Positions 10,089-18,813 of a DNA stretch of 64,000 nucleotides are shown in pieces. The DNA comes from a virus. Location: positions 1 to 64,000 of IMG/VR virus record IMGVR_UViG_3300024312_000003; one strand, written 5' to 3'. The position numbers were made by a program, and so were the translations under genes. Under the pieces are notes generated by a model, which saw only the letters and a program-made list of their open reading frames with translations, had not been told where the DNA came from and made no database searches. Positions within the stretch are counted from its first letter, which is position 1; each line of letters starts with the position of its first letter.

Positions 10089-10491
10089 TCTTTATCCCTA
10101 CCTTATTTAGAAAATCAGCAACAACAACAGATATCCTTAAGGAAATACTTTTGGAAGTATTGATTGGTTTTAATTCCTCTTCCACCTTGCTTAACAAGAG
10201 TGAGACATCTGTATTTGTGTAGTTTATCTTTCTTCTGTACTTCTTACGAAACTCATCGTCGCTACCGTAGGATAGGTTATCACCATTAATAACCAACCAC
10301 ATACCTGGTTCTATCGTTATTTTCTCTTTATTGAAAAAGAATTTAATTAGATTCTGCTCAACCCCATAGAAGATATAAGGTCTTTCAACGTTTGTGTTGT
10401 TTTTTAGAAAATCTAATACTTGTTCAGGATTTGATCCCGTCGAATCAAATTTAACTGCCAAGACTTGTACTGGTATTGTTTCGAATTGCAT
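10081..10491 (-). CDS. Hypothetical protein resembling the widespread phage K.PV.IEA.../PGDW family
   Basis: FETIPVQVLAVKF...EPGMWLV...DDEFRKKY pattern; start trimmed to the ATG at 10491. Confidence 0.5.
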   Translation of the reverse strand: MQFETIPVQVLAVKFDSTGSNPEQVLDFLKNNTNVERPYIFYGVEQNLIKFFFNKEKITIEPGMWLVINGDNLSYGSDDEFRKKYRRKINYTNTDVSLLLSKVEEELKPINTSKSISLRISVVVADFLNKVGIKIV

Positions 10492-10531
10492 TTTAGTATT
10501 TATAATCAAAAAAAAAAAATAATAAAGAAAA

Positions 10532-10563
10532 ATATAGGACTGTGAGAAATCACAGTCCTATAT
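10532..10563 (-). terminator. Terminator hairpin followed by a T12 tract on the minus strand
   Basis: ATATAGGACTGTGA-GAAA-TCACAGTCCTATAT, 14-bp stem; A12 at 10508-10519. Confidence 0.8.
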
Positions 10564-11101
10564 ATCTCATTTTGCATTCATTCCAATAAGACGGAGTCGT
10601 CTTTGTTTTTAAACATTTTCTTATATCTTCCAGTCCTTCTACTAACCAGTCACAATCCTTAACAGGAATGATGTGGTTTTTAGACTCACCAGTTTTCTTA
10701 TCTTGGTATTCGATAACGTAATGATGAGTAAAAGGTAAATCTGATAGACATAGCAATTCTCTCAGCTTTTTATTCTGTAGAATTTTTTGACAATTCGCAT
10801 AAAGGATATCTTCCTTAAAGAAAGGTATCTCGTGCTTTTGAAATGTCTTTCCAAGCTGCTTGGCTTTATAACCGTGCAGCTGTCTAAGATGTTCTATTCC
10901 GTCTTGGATGTGTCCGTACGGGGCTCCGGATTTTAAATAATACCAGAACCCCTCCATAGATTGAAATGGTCCGAAGTAGGGATGCGTGAATGGTGATTTG
11001 TCAAAGTGCGACAACATTCGACCCAACTCAGTCTTTCCCTTACTGTAAACATTAATATGGTTTATACCATCCCTGTCTACAGTTATTTCGGAATCAACCA
11101 T
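10550..11101 (-). CDS. NADAR/YbiA-fold protein (T4 gp30.3-like)
   Basis: LSHF..SPF....FQSMEGFWYYLK...LRQLHGYKAKQLGK...QKILQNKKLRELL fits the NADAR pattern. The likely start is the ATG at 11101, overlapping the upstream stop; the track's extension to 11320 lies inside the neighbouring gene. Confidence 0.65.
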   Translation of the reverse strand: MVDSEITVDRDGINHINVYSKGKTELGRMLSHFDKSPFTHPYFGPFQSMEGFWYYLKSGAPYGHIQDGIEHLRQLHGYKAKQLGKTFQKHEIPFFKEDILYANCQKILQNKKLRELLCLSDLPFTHHYVIEYQDKKTGESKNHIIPVKDCDWLVEGLEDIRKCLKTKTTPSYWNECKMRYIGL

Positions 11102-11741
11102 AGTGGACACCAACAGTTGTGCTGGTTGATTCATTAGCCGCCGGGCTGTCGCTGAACGTCTCGACTGGACTAGTCGTTTTATCAATATCAACTTGTTCCA
11201 AGATGATTTGATTAATCTTAGGTTGTTCAACCTCAGGTTTCTGTTCGTTGTTTTCTTTAGTAGAGTAATCCGTGGTAATTGGATTGAGATATTTCTTCTC
11301 AGCCTTTTCAATCTCATCAATGATCGGGAAGGCTTTTGGTTCTTGATATGCTGTATTGACGTCTACCAAGTGAGATACTTCTACAATTTTGTTATTCTCG
11401 AACTGAGCAACGATGATGATGCGGAAGCGTTTTACTTTCAAAAACATCATTGCTTTAACAAAGACTTTCCAAGTCATTGTTTTTCTTAGGAATTCTTTAT
11501 TTAGATTACCGCGTATGCTGGCAATGTCTCTTGGATTGTTTCGATGAATTGCTTCACGTAGAGCATAATCTTTGATATAAGTATACCAAAGCTCATGTCC
11601 CATACCCATTGACAATACTAGCTCTTTGAATAAAGTAGTCAGAACTGTCGGAATGGAGCTAGACTTACCAACACCGCGATCTGGATTATGCAGTAGATCA
11701 CGAAGGGTTTGTTGTTGGAATTTCTTCTTTGCTCGAAACAT
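11094..11741 (-). CDS. Conserved phiKZ-like hypothetical protein
   Basis: 215 aa with RGNLNKEFLRKTMTWKVFVKAMMFL, a motif I recall from phiKZ-like core genes. Confidence 0.6.
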   Translation of the reverse strand: MFRAKKKFQQQTLRDLLHNPDRGVGKSSSIPTVLTTLFKELVLSMGMGHELWYTYIKDYALREAIHRNNPRDIASIRGNLNKEFLRKTMTWKVFVKAMMFLKVKRFRIIIVAQFENNKIVEVSHLVDVNTAYQEPKAFPIIDEIEKAEKKYLNPITTDYSTKENNEQKPEVEQPKINQIILEQVDIDKTTSPVETFSDSPAANESTSTTVGVHYG

Positions 11742-11775
11742 TTTAGCTTCCTTAATAAGACGACTAAAGAGTTTA

Positions 11776-12354
11776 TTACTGATTTGTCGAACAATAAACT
11801 ATTCCTCTAACTATGCTTGTTAGAGAAATAATCACTGGAGATAGCGTTCGTAGATTGTGTTCTTCAACTCCATATTCTACATCGTTATAGTTAGCTATAC
11901 ACTCTGTGAAATTTTCAATCGATTTTACAAGTTCCGGTAGTTTACTACTTGGAATATATCTGCCAGAACCATCGATAAATAGTAAATCGAGATATTGATT
12001 TTCTATTTTAACATTATACCTTATTGCATCGTAGGTGGTATATTCAATAATCGAACTTGTTATTGCGTTTAGTTTGCTAATTAGCTCTGTAAAGTTATTT
12101 GAAAAAGTTAGAACCATCAAGATGGATCCTTTCTTAGGATCGTAGTTTTTCAGATCTACACTTGATAGCGATTCTACAGCTTTTACCAAATCTTCTTTCT
12201 TTTGATAATTAGTATATTCGATTGGTGAGCTTTGCGATTCTACATATACACCACTTTCTCTGTAAGGAGTTGGAAGTATAAGATTCGTCACAAAATTGAA
12301 AAATGATTGTTTAAAAATTGCGATCATTTTTGCTAAATTAAAGGTTGTACTCAT
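11776..12354 (-). CDS. Hypothetical protein
   Basis: 192-aa ORF with ATG at 12354. Confidence 0.65.
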   Translation of the reverse strand: MSTTFNLAKMIAIFKQSFFNFVTNLILPTPYRESGVYVESQSSPIEYTNYQKKEDLVKAVESLSSVDLKNYDPKKGSILMVLTFSNNFTELISKLNAITSSIIEYTTYDAIRYNVKIENQYLDLLFIDGSGRYIPSSKLPELVKSIENFTECIANYNDVEYGVEEHNLRTLSPVIISLTSIVRGIVYCSTNQ

Positions 12355-12402
12355 GTTTTATACATTTAATGTGAATGTCGATCATGTGCTACATACTACA
12401 TG

Positions 12403-12420
12403 AGTGATATGTAACTATAT
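12403..12420 (-). promoter_or_regulatory. Putative early (virion-RNAP) promoter motif
   Basis: Minus strand reads ATATAGTTACATATCACT, similar to the phiKZ early consensus TATATTAC. TACATATCACT recurs exactly at 63855-63865. Confidence 0.4.
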
Positions 12421-12450
12421 ACTTTTGTATTATAAGAATTGGAAAAAATC

Positions 12451-12927
12451 ATGTCTGTTAATAACGAAATCGCCAATATGGAAGTATTAGACGATGATCA
12501 AGCGCTAGCTTTTACACAGAAAGCTAGAAGAAAGATTGTTAGTAAAATATTGGAAAAGGGAGAAATCCCTGAAGATAAAGGAGAACAAATAATGTTACTT
12601 CAAGCTCTAGACGGAATGGATAGAGCTGCTCTAGGTAATAAGAGAATTAAAGCGGATGAGAAGGCCAGCGATGCTCTTGGTGATTCGTCTGCTCTCATAG
12701 CGCAAATGCTCACTCAAATGGCAGGTAATGTTAAACTTGCTAAGTCTGAAGATATAGTTGATGTGGAAGCAAAAGACATAACTGCTCCTGCTTTACCAGA
12801 TACAATACCTGATCCGATACTGGTGCCTGGAGAAACAACCATAGGCGCTCCACAATTAGATTATGATTCATTCATGAACAGCATGAACGGTAGAGAAATT
12901 CCACAACTCACCGATGACGATCAATAA
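12451..12927 (+). CDS. Hypothetical protein
   Basis: 158 aa from the ATG at 12451, with GGA upstream; helical, acidic. Confidence 0.7.
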   Translation: MSVNNEIANMEVLDDDQALAFTQKARRKIVSKILEKGEIPEDKGEQIMLLQALDGMDRAALGNKRIKADEKASDALGDSSALIAQMLTQMAGNVKLAKSEDIVDVEAKDITAPALPDTIPDPILVPGETTIGAPQLDYDSFMNSMNGREIPQLTDDDQ

Positions 12928-12959
12928 GGCATAAAGAGGGGAATTCCCCTCTTTATGCT
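12928..12959. repeat. 32-bp palindrome, copy 2 (31/32 match)
   Basis: GGCATAAAGAGGGGAATTCCCCTCTTTATGCT; its arm supplies the TAA stop of the minus-strand gene ending at 12953. Confidence 0.95.
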
Positions 12960-13684
12960 GTTGCTTTTTTAAAAGCATTCAACATCTTTTTACTTATGCT
13001 GAATACGGAGGTGTCTATTATTTTTAGACCAATTAATGGAGCGATGCTAAGCTCCATTGTTTTAAATGGATTCAGGTTATCCCTTTTGAATTCAGCTATT
13101 TTTTCTTCGCTTGGCTCGCAATCATAATAGAGAGATGGAGCTATAAAAATGACCGCAGGGATCGGCTTTGATACAAGATTATTTTGTTGAATATGCAGCC
13201 AGTCTGCAAAGTCATACTTAATGATCATGCAATAATTTTTCTTTATGAATTCTGGAGTTAAATCATCATTACTCATGCTGATTAATTCAACATCAGAACA
13301 ACCGTGATTTAATTGAAATATGACATCTCGCATTTCTTCAATTTCGTCAGGTTCTAATTCATAAGGAAATATATTCACAGTCAATGGATGACCTAGATTC
13401 TGACCACCTTTCATGTTTTCAATCACAGCTTCTTTTACAGTGGTGTGAATGATTTCAAATGTTTCAGTTATTAAACTAAAGGGAAGAATGTCTGCTGTTC
13501 TCTTTGAATAAAGTTCTTTAAATTCAGAAGCACTTATTCCTGGGAATTTATCGATGAATCTTTTATGATAATCAGAGTTAAGAACATCGACCGCTTTATC
13601 AGCGTCTAAACTTGCGAGCAAACCCATTCTTGTATCTAAAAGACTATCTAGGTCTATGTAGATTTTTGTGTTTTGCTCACTCAT
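12953..13684 (-). CDS. Hypothetical protein, possible HAD-like fold
   Basis: 243 aa; N-terminal IYIDLDSLLDT resembles HAD motif I. Confidence 0.55.
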   Translation of the reverse strand: MSEQNTKIYIDLDSLLDTRMGLLASLDADKAVDVLNSDYHKRFIDKFPGISASEFKELYSKRTADILPFSLITETFEIIHTTVKEAVIENMKGGQNLGHPLTVNIFPYELEPDEIEEMRDVIFQLNHGCSDVELISMSNDDLTPEFIKKNYCMIIKYDFADWLHIQQNNLVSKPIPAVIFIAPSLYYDCEPSEEKIAEFKRDNLNPFKTMELSIAPLIGLKIIDTSVFSISKKMLNAFKKATA

Positions 13685-13685
13685 G

Positions 13686-14150
13686 TTATTTCTTTTCCAT
13701 GCTTTCCAATATATCTTTGTAAAAGATAATCAGGAGAACAAAAGTAACCAGCCATTTATTTCTTTTAAGAGCATCTTCAACTTCTCTCTGGCTTGGTAGT
13801 CTGTCGTTTATTTCTTTAGGAATGAGAGACTGCGTTTGCTCTTCCTCAGAAACAGTCATTGAATGACAGAGAATATCAATCATTGCATCTTGATCAAAAT
13901 TACCACTGTTGAACAATGTCTGAAATCTAATGGTGGTGTTAAGAATGTAATCTCTATTAACCGCAGCGCTGAACACAGAATCAACAGTTGTACGAAGACC
14001 GATTGCGCTTGGGATCAGATAAAGATTTAAACCACAAGCACTGTTTAAAAGAAAGGCTTGTACTTTATTTCTCACATCACCAATGTAAGTTTCAATGGTT
14101 GATTTGTGTGCTGAAACAATGCAGTCTCTTAGAAAATCATTAAGTTCCAT
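13686..14150 (-). CDS. Hypothetical protein
   Basis: 154-aa ORF, tightly packed in the operon. Confidence 0.7.
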   Translation of the reverse strand: MELNDFLRDCIVSAHKSTIETYIGDVRNKVQAFLLNSACGLNLYLIPSAIGLRTTVDSVFSAAVNRDYILNTTIRFQTLFNSGNFDQDAMIDILCHSMTVSEEEQTQSLIPKEINDRLPSQREVEDALKRNKWLVTFVLLIIFYKDILESMEKK

Positions 14151-14160
14151 TATTGTTTCC

Positions 14161-14847
14161 TTAATTATTAAGTAGTGTGTTTCTTAAATGCATTGCTGTA
14201 AGATACGAACTAAGTGTAGTGGTAGCTTTGACTTTGGTGCCCAGTTTATCCAAATAACTCAAACTAACACCGCCGGTTTTATTGATAGAGTCATTCATCG
14301 CATTAAAACCATTCAAATCACCACCGCGATACTTTATCAATTCAGTGATTGTGTCGTCTAGTTGCAATGCTGCTAGAATCTGAAGTTCTGGATAGGATAT
14401 CTTACTTCCTTTAGACGAACCTGTGGGTTGACCAGTCATGTGATCAATTGAACGATTATCTTCTGGAATACTGATCTTTTTAATCAGGAGCTGTGCTTGT
14501 CTACGAAGCGGTAGATCTACTACTAAATATTTTTTAGTAGTTAGGAATCTACCATTGCCTTTAGGATCTTCCATCCATATCTTCTCAAAGAACTCATGGC
14601 CTAGTTCCTCAGCAATTTTCAAATTGTTATCTATTGAGATTTTTTTATCTGATAGATTAGGAACAATTATGGCTAATCTACTTTTGCCAGTAGCAATATC
14701 TTGCATCAATTGATCGAAGGCAATATCGTCAAGAGACTCAAATAGATTTTTATAAATCTTTGTATTTTCACTACCTGGTAGTAATTTTTCAATATGGTCG
14801 ATTATGAACTTTTCGACTATTTTTCTATTGGACATATTCATCACCAT
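14161..14847 (-). CDS. rpoB: Virion RNA polymerase beta subunit, C-terminal part (phiKZ gp149-like)
   Basis: SIDHMTGQPTGSSKGSKISYPELQILAA...ELIKYRGGD parallels the RpoB C-terminal TQQPLGGK...GEMEVWAL...EMLTVKSDD. Confidence 0.8.
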   Translation of the reverse strand: MVMNMSNRKIVEKFIIDHIEKLLPGSENTKIYKNLFESLDDIAFDQLMQDIATGKSRLAIIVPNLSDKKISIDNNLKIAEELGHEFFEKIWMEDPKGNGRFLTTKKYLVVDLPLRRQAQLLIKKISIPEDNRSIDHMTGQPTGSSKGSKISYPELQILAALQLDDTITELIKYRGGDLNGFNAMNDSINKTGGVSLSYLDKLGTKVKATTTLSSYLTAMHLRNTLLNN

Positions 14848-14872
14848 TGATTTTAAGACATAACATTAACAT

Positions 14873-15304
14873 TCATGTCTTTGGAATGAATAGATAGTTT
14901 TTAACGTTTCTTTTCTTTAGCTCACTTAACATGTGTTGTGTACCTGGACTTACACCATCCCAAATAAGAAATGCTAAATTGACAACTTTAGACATCTCTG
15001 TATTTCTTATACTTCCGGCTGATTTACCATAGTAATCCCAAAAAGCCCGATAGTAGAAACAAGGTAAATTGTGTTTCTTACAAAACTCAATTATTAAAGT
15101 ATCTACTCCCGGTGCTTTTCCAGACACAAAACAAAAATCTCGACCTTTTAGATATCTCAAAACACCCAACATCTTCTTCTCGAAGTAATCCCAATCATTA
15201 TAGGATCTACTACCAGCAACAAGAACTCGATATTGAAAACTATCTATTAATCGGTCTTCTATGTTAACGCCTTCTCGTTTTCTTTCTGGCGGCGGCCCTT
15301 GCAT
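14873..15304 (-). CDS. YspA-related SLOG family (DUF2493-like) protein
   Basis: VLVAGSRSYND...VSGKAPGVDT...YGKSAGSIRN.EM...WDGVSPGTQHM. The start is uncertain; the ATG at 15304 was chosen. Confidence 0.8.
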   Translation of the reverse strand: MQGPPPERKREGVNIEDRLIDSFQYRVLVAGSRSYNDWDYFEKKMLGVLRYLKGRDFCFVSGKAPGVDTLIIEFCKKHNLPCFYYRAFWDYYGKSAGSIRNTEMSKVVNLAFLIWDGVSPGTQHMLSELKKRNVKNYLFIPKT

Positions 15305-15503
15305 TCTGTTTGTGTGATGATTTTGCTTTGCGTGCATACTTACTAGGCTTATCTTCAAAGTCACCAGACTGACAAGGAGATTCAGGATCCGGCAAATCTT
15401 CAATTTCCAAGTCGGATTCATCCTGTTTAATGTGTGATTGTGCTTGTCCTGTATTCATAGCTACCGCAGCCATTGTTGCTAGTCTTAGAAGTTCAGATCG
15501 CAT
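15264..15503 (-). CDS. Small protein with acidic middle and basic C-terminus
   Basis: 79 aa ending ARAAARKKTRRR. Confidence 0.55.
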   Translation of the reverse strand: MRSELLRLATMAAVAMNTGQAQSHIKQDESDLEIEDLPDPESPCQSGDFEDKPSKYARKAKSSHKQNARAAARKKTRRR

Positions 15504-15532
15504 TTTACTTGTGATCGGTTAAAAGTATGTAA

Positions 15533-15563
15533 AATAAAAGAGGGGAATTCCCCCTCTTTTATT
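15533..15563. repeat. Variant of the 32-bp palindrome (terminator-like)
   Basis: AATAAAAGAGGGG-AATTC-CCCCTCTTTTATT between co-oriented minus-strand genes. Confidence 0.85.
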
Positions 15564-15879
15564 ACGTCTTGAATTTAGGCAAATCAAATTCAACAATACT
15601 AGGAATGACGCTTTCTTTCAAAAGCTTCTCCCATGTACGGTTATCGCCACCATCCACAATACAAAACCTCTCAAAGGGAGCGGCTTTTGGAGCATCCGCT
15701 AGTGTCAGTCTGAGCGCTCTATTTACAAGAAAACGCTTATGACCACTCTCGACATTATGGACATTTGGATCTAGAAGCTTTTGCCATCTTTTTGGTTCAG
15801 AGTGACCAGCTTCAGCCATTAGCTTGTCAACGACGGCTATTGGATCTATTGATTCTTCTACGTTTGATAATTCATTCAT
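15562..15879 (-). CDS. Hypothetical protein
   Basis: 105-aa ORF directly downstream of uvsX. Confidence 0.7.
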   Translation of the reverse strand: MNELSNVEESIDPIAVVDKLMAEAGHSEPKRWQKLLDPNVHNVESGHKRFLVNRALRLTLADAPKAAPFERFCIVDGGDNRTWEKLLKESVIPSIVEFDLPKFKT

Positions 15880-15880
15880 T

Positions 15881-17359
15881 TTATTCGACGATTACTACGC
15901 CAGTTGTTTCTGTTGAAATTTGTCCTACAGTCAATGGTTTGATTGTAGGTGATTTAATTTTTGATCTTTGTTCTTCGGTGAACCAATATGGAATATATTG
16001 ACCAACACGCATTTTAAGAAGATCCATGGTACTCAAAAACGGAGTGTTGTTAGTACCTTCAAGAGCCCACCAACCTCTAGTGTTGAGAAGAATCTTCCAA
16101 TCATAACCTAGAGCTATCAGATCATCGTAGAGTTGCTTAGGTGTGCACATCAGTTCTTCAGGAATATGGTGCCATAGATCATTAATCTGACACATTTCTG
16201 AAGTGATGTTCAGAGCCCTTCGCAATTCTGGGTGAGCATCAATTTTTCGACGAACAGTTGTTCTAGACAGCTTGATATCTGGCAAAAGAGATAGGTAATA
16301 GTTTTGAAGAGTACCTTCAATGCCGTACCTGTCTGTTGACTTGATATAGTGAAACTCAGTCAAGCTTGGAAGTACCCCGTCTTGCTGTGAAACAATTAGT
16401 TTCATAGCCATGCCCGAAGGACCAGACTTACTTCTGAGTTGACGAATTGTCACTTCGTTTAGATCTGTGTCACCTTTGAGATCGTCGTCAGAATCTCGAG
16501 GATATTCTGGCGCTTTGGTGGTATCGTTACGAAGAGGAGCAGCGTTATAGCAAAGCCAACAATTGTTCATCACAAAAGTGAACTTTTCCGGAACACCTTT
16601 GAGCTTAACACCTTGAGGAATGTGTTGTAGTTTCTTAGGAGCAGGTGCTCTAGGATCCATATTGAACTCAGACCCGATGTGTGCAGTCATCAGTGTGTAT
16701 GAGTATGTACCGCCAGATAGCGCAGGGATCTCCATCAAGAATCGATTCTTTTGAAGACCTTGACGCATTGATACTGTGTTAGCACCAGATTCACCAAGAC
16801 TGTTTTCGTCCTGCATCTTAATGACGTCTTGAGTGACGAATTCACTAAGTGAATCGATCTCAGAGAAAGACGGCATTGTAATTTCTAGATTACCGGTCTT
16901 TTCACGATTCCAAAAAGGAGTCTTAACGGTGTACTTAACCGCGTTCTTCTTTTTGTCATTCATGAATTCTTTTAGAATATCAAAGTATTGATCACCTTGA
17001 TAAACTGTCTTATCAGTAATGGTCCACCGACCTGATTCCAGAATATCTTCACCACCGAATTCTTCAATATTGGCAATCATCCTCTTGAGATGCCATTCAT
17101 GGATGTTAATCTCGGTGTCGTAGGTATTACCCATTGATCCAACGATTCTCGACATGGCGGTAAACGACATGTAGTGCATTACGGTGGATTTAAAGTTATT
17201 ACCAATACCAACCACACCAGTTAGAAAACCAAGACCACCATTGAGAATACTCTCCCCGTGTCGTCCAGTCACATATGTACCTGTCGGAATATCGAGACAG
17301 GCGCCTACGTTAATCATCACCTTTATTGGTGGGGCTGCTTTAAAAGGATTAATTAGCAT
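15881..17359 (-). CDS. uvsX: UvsX/RecA-like recombinase (phiKZ gp152-like)
   Basis: Variant Walker A GVVGIGNNFKST, YDTE motif, IDSLSEF Walker B; 492 aa. Confidence 0.85.
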   Translation of the reverse strand: MLINPFKAAPPIKVMINVGACLDIPTGTYVTGRHGESILNGGLGFLTGVVGIGNNFKSTVMHYMSFTAMSRIVGSMGNTYDTEINIHEWHLKRMIANIEEFGGEDILESGRWTITDKTVYQGDQYFDILKEFMNDKKKNAVKYTVKTPFWNREKTGNLEITMPSFSEIDSLSEFVTQDVIKMQDENSLGESGANTVSMRQGLQKNRFLMEIPALSGGTYSYTLMTAHIGSEFNMDPRAPAPKKLQHIPQGVKLKGVPEKFTFVMNNCWLCYNAAPLRNDTTKAPEYPRDSDDDLKGDTDLNEVTIRQLRSKSGPSGMAMKLIVSQQDGVLPSLTEFHYIKSTDRYGIEGTLQNYYLSLLPDIKLSRTTVRRKIDAHPELRRALNITSEMCQINDLWHHIPEELMCTPKQLYDDLIALGYDWKILLNTRGWWALEGTNNTPFLSTMDLLKMRVGQYIPYWFTEEQRSKIKSPTIKPLTVGQISTETTGVVIVE

Positions 17360-17466
17360 TCTTTCCTCTTTATGAGTAAAGTGAGTGTTCGTATCAATAT
17401 ATAGAAATATCTAGTAATTTTGTGACATATCTACTCTACACCTATCGCTTAGAATAGGAACATCAC

Positions 17467-18315
17467 ATGAAACACATATCCGTTAATATTCAAAAGACTG
17501 CTCAAGAAGAGCTTTTTACTGCTTGCAATAAGATTGCTTTAGAGTCCTATACCGAAGGTATAGGTATGGAATTTTTTACTGAGAACTTTCAGATAGTAGC
17601 GACAAACATTGAAAAGGTGTTTGACAACAGCTTCGATTTGATAAAAAACTTGTCAGTAACTAAGTTTCTTAAAAACTATACATTTGAATCACAAGTAAGT
17701 AAGATAAATTACGCAGCTATTGATCAGATAAAAATCACAATACCTGAAGGATTTACTGGCAATGCTAAAGAGTATTGTCAAGAATTAATAAAACAAGTAA
17801 GTCACGTATCCACTATCACAACCCAGGTAATACTGCCTTTTAATCAATACATCAGCTCTCTTATATCTGATAAGGATTTTGCAAAGGCATATAAGTCTAA
17901 ACCAGTGTACCTGCATGACAGAGATGCCAAAAGAGAAGAGATGAATAAAACCATTTCTAAGTATTTTGGACACGGTACTCTGTCTTCTGGTAAATTGTCA
18001 CAGCACTATCATTCAGGTGTCGAAGTTGCTGAAACAGACATACTGGTTGGTGAACTCAGCGATTCATTAGGCACTACCGACGTTGTTTCTATTCGTAAGA
18101 TGGTTACTGATTCTGTGGATCTAATTAACGCACTTCAAGATCTTGTATCTAAGAATCAAATAACAAATCTATCTGATTCACAGAAGAGACTTCTTGCTGA
18201 AATGTGCACAACGATTGCTAGGGAAATTGAATTCTATGCAATAACTAGATATCGTGCTGATTCCTTCATCAATACTTTTGCAAAAACAAAAGAAGCTGTA
18301 AAGAAGATTCTTTAA
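17467..18315 (+). CDS. Virion (head) protein (phiKZ gp153-like position)
   Basis: 282 aa; the N-terminus carries A-L-E and G-M-E, matching the S/A/G-X-E prohead-protease motif. Confidence 0.55.
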   Translation: MKHISVNIQKTAQEELFTACNKIALESYTEGIGMEFFTENFQIVATNIEKVFDNSFDLIKNLSVTKFLKNYTFESQVSKINYAAIDQIKITIPEGFTGNAKEYCQELIKQVSHVSTITTQVILPFNQYISSLISDKDFAKAYKSKPVYLHDRDAKREEMNKTISKYFGHGTLSSGKLSQHYHSGVEVAETDILVGELSDSLGTTDVVSIRKMVTDSVDLINALQDLVSKNQITNLSDSQKRLLAEMCTTIAREIEFYAITRYRADSFINTFAKTKEAVKKIL

Positions 18316-18318
18316 GGA

Positions 18319-18360
18319 CATAAATCCCATTTCGCCTTTTGAGCGAAATGGGATTTTATG
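18319..18360. terminator. Bidirectional terminator hairpin
   Basis: AAATCCCATTTCGC / GCGAAATGGGATTT arms between convergent genes. Confidence 0.85.
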
Positions 18361-18364
18361 CAGT

Positions 18365-18757
18365 TCATGCAAAAATTGTTTTATTTGACAGCAACTTCTG
18401 AATGTCTTCAAGCATTTGCTCGTAAGTAGAATACTTGAGACAATTCGGAACAATATCAACAAGACTTTTGGCCAGCGTTTGTTCACAACCTTTCCCATCA
18501 ATACCGCAGATGATGTTTTCAGCGCCTTTGTTTCGCCAAATCACCTTACTAATGTGCACTGGGAACATGATGGCATTATCATCACTGCTCAATTCCATCA
18601 GTTCATTTAATTTCTTTATGGATTCCCTACGGAGTACTTCGTGGTTGACCACCATTCCGTATATTGAAGCCAAAAGAATAAGTCTTTTAGTACGATCGGG
18701 TAAATATGTTTTTAATTTTTCCGATGCCGCATTTTTAAATCTTTCGGTTAGATTCAT
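18365..18757 (-). CDS. Hypothetical protein
   Basis: 130 aa from ATG 18757 (MNLTERF), preceded by GGAAAG. Confidence 0.65.
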   Translation of the reverse strand: MNLTERFKNAASEKLKTYLPDRTKRLILLASIYGMVVNHEVLRRESIKKLNELMELSSDDNAIMFPVHISKVIWRNKGAENIICGIDGKGCEQTLAKSLVDIVPNCLKYSTYEQMLEDIQKLLSNKTIFA

Positions 18758-18813
18758 TTTTCTTTCCGGGATCCTGATTTTTGGCGGAAACAAGATCCCG
18801 CCCAAAAAGATTG

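Noticed and set aside
11102-11320. N-terminal 73 aa of the 256-aa track ORF
   Set aside because: It lies inside the real 11094-11741 gene in another frame; the ATG at 11101 gives normal coupling and starts the recognisable domain.
15305-15421. N-terminal extension of the SLOG ORF, and similar over-long starts at 6777, 18805, 21186, 33047, 34104, 35854, 38953, 43978, 51286, 57724 and 58193
   Set aside because: They overlap neighbouring genes or terminators; downstream ATGs have better RBSs or give normal stop-start coupling.
17412-17424. AAAATTAC upstream of uvsX as a middle promoter, and scattered TATG as late promoters
   Set aside because: The motifs are too short and too common in AT-rich DNA to call without transcription-start data.
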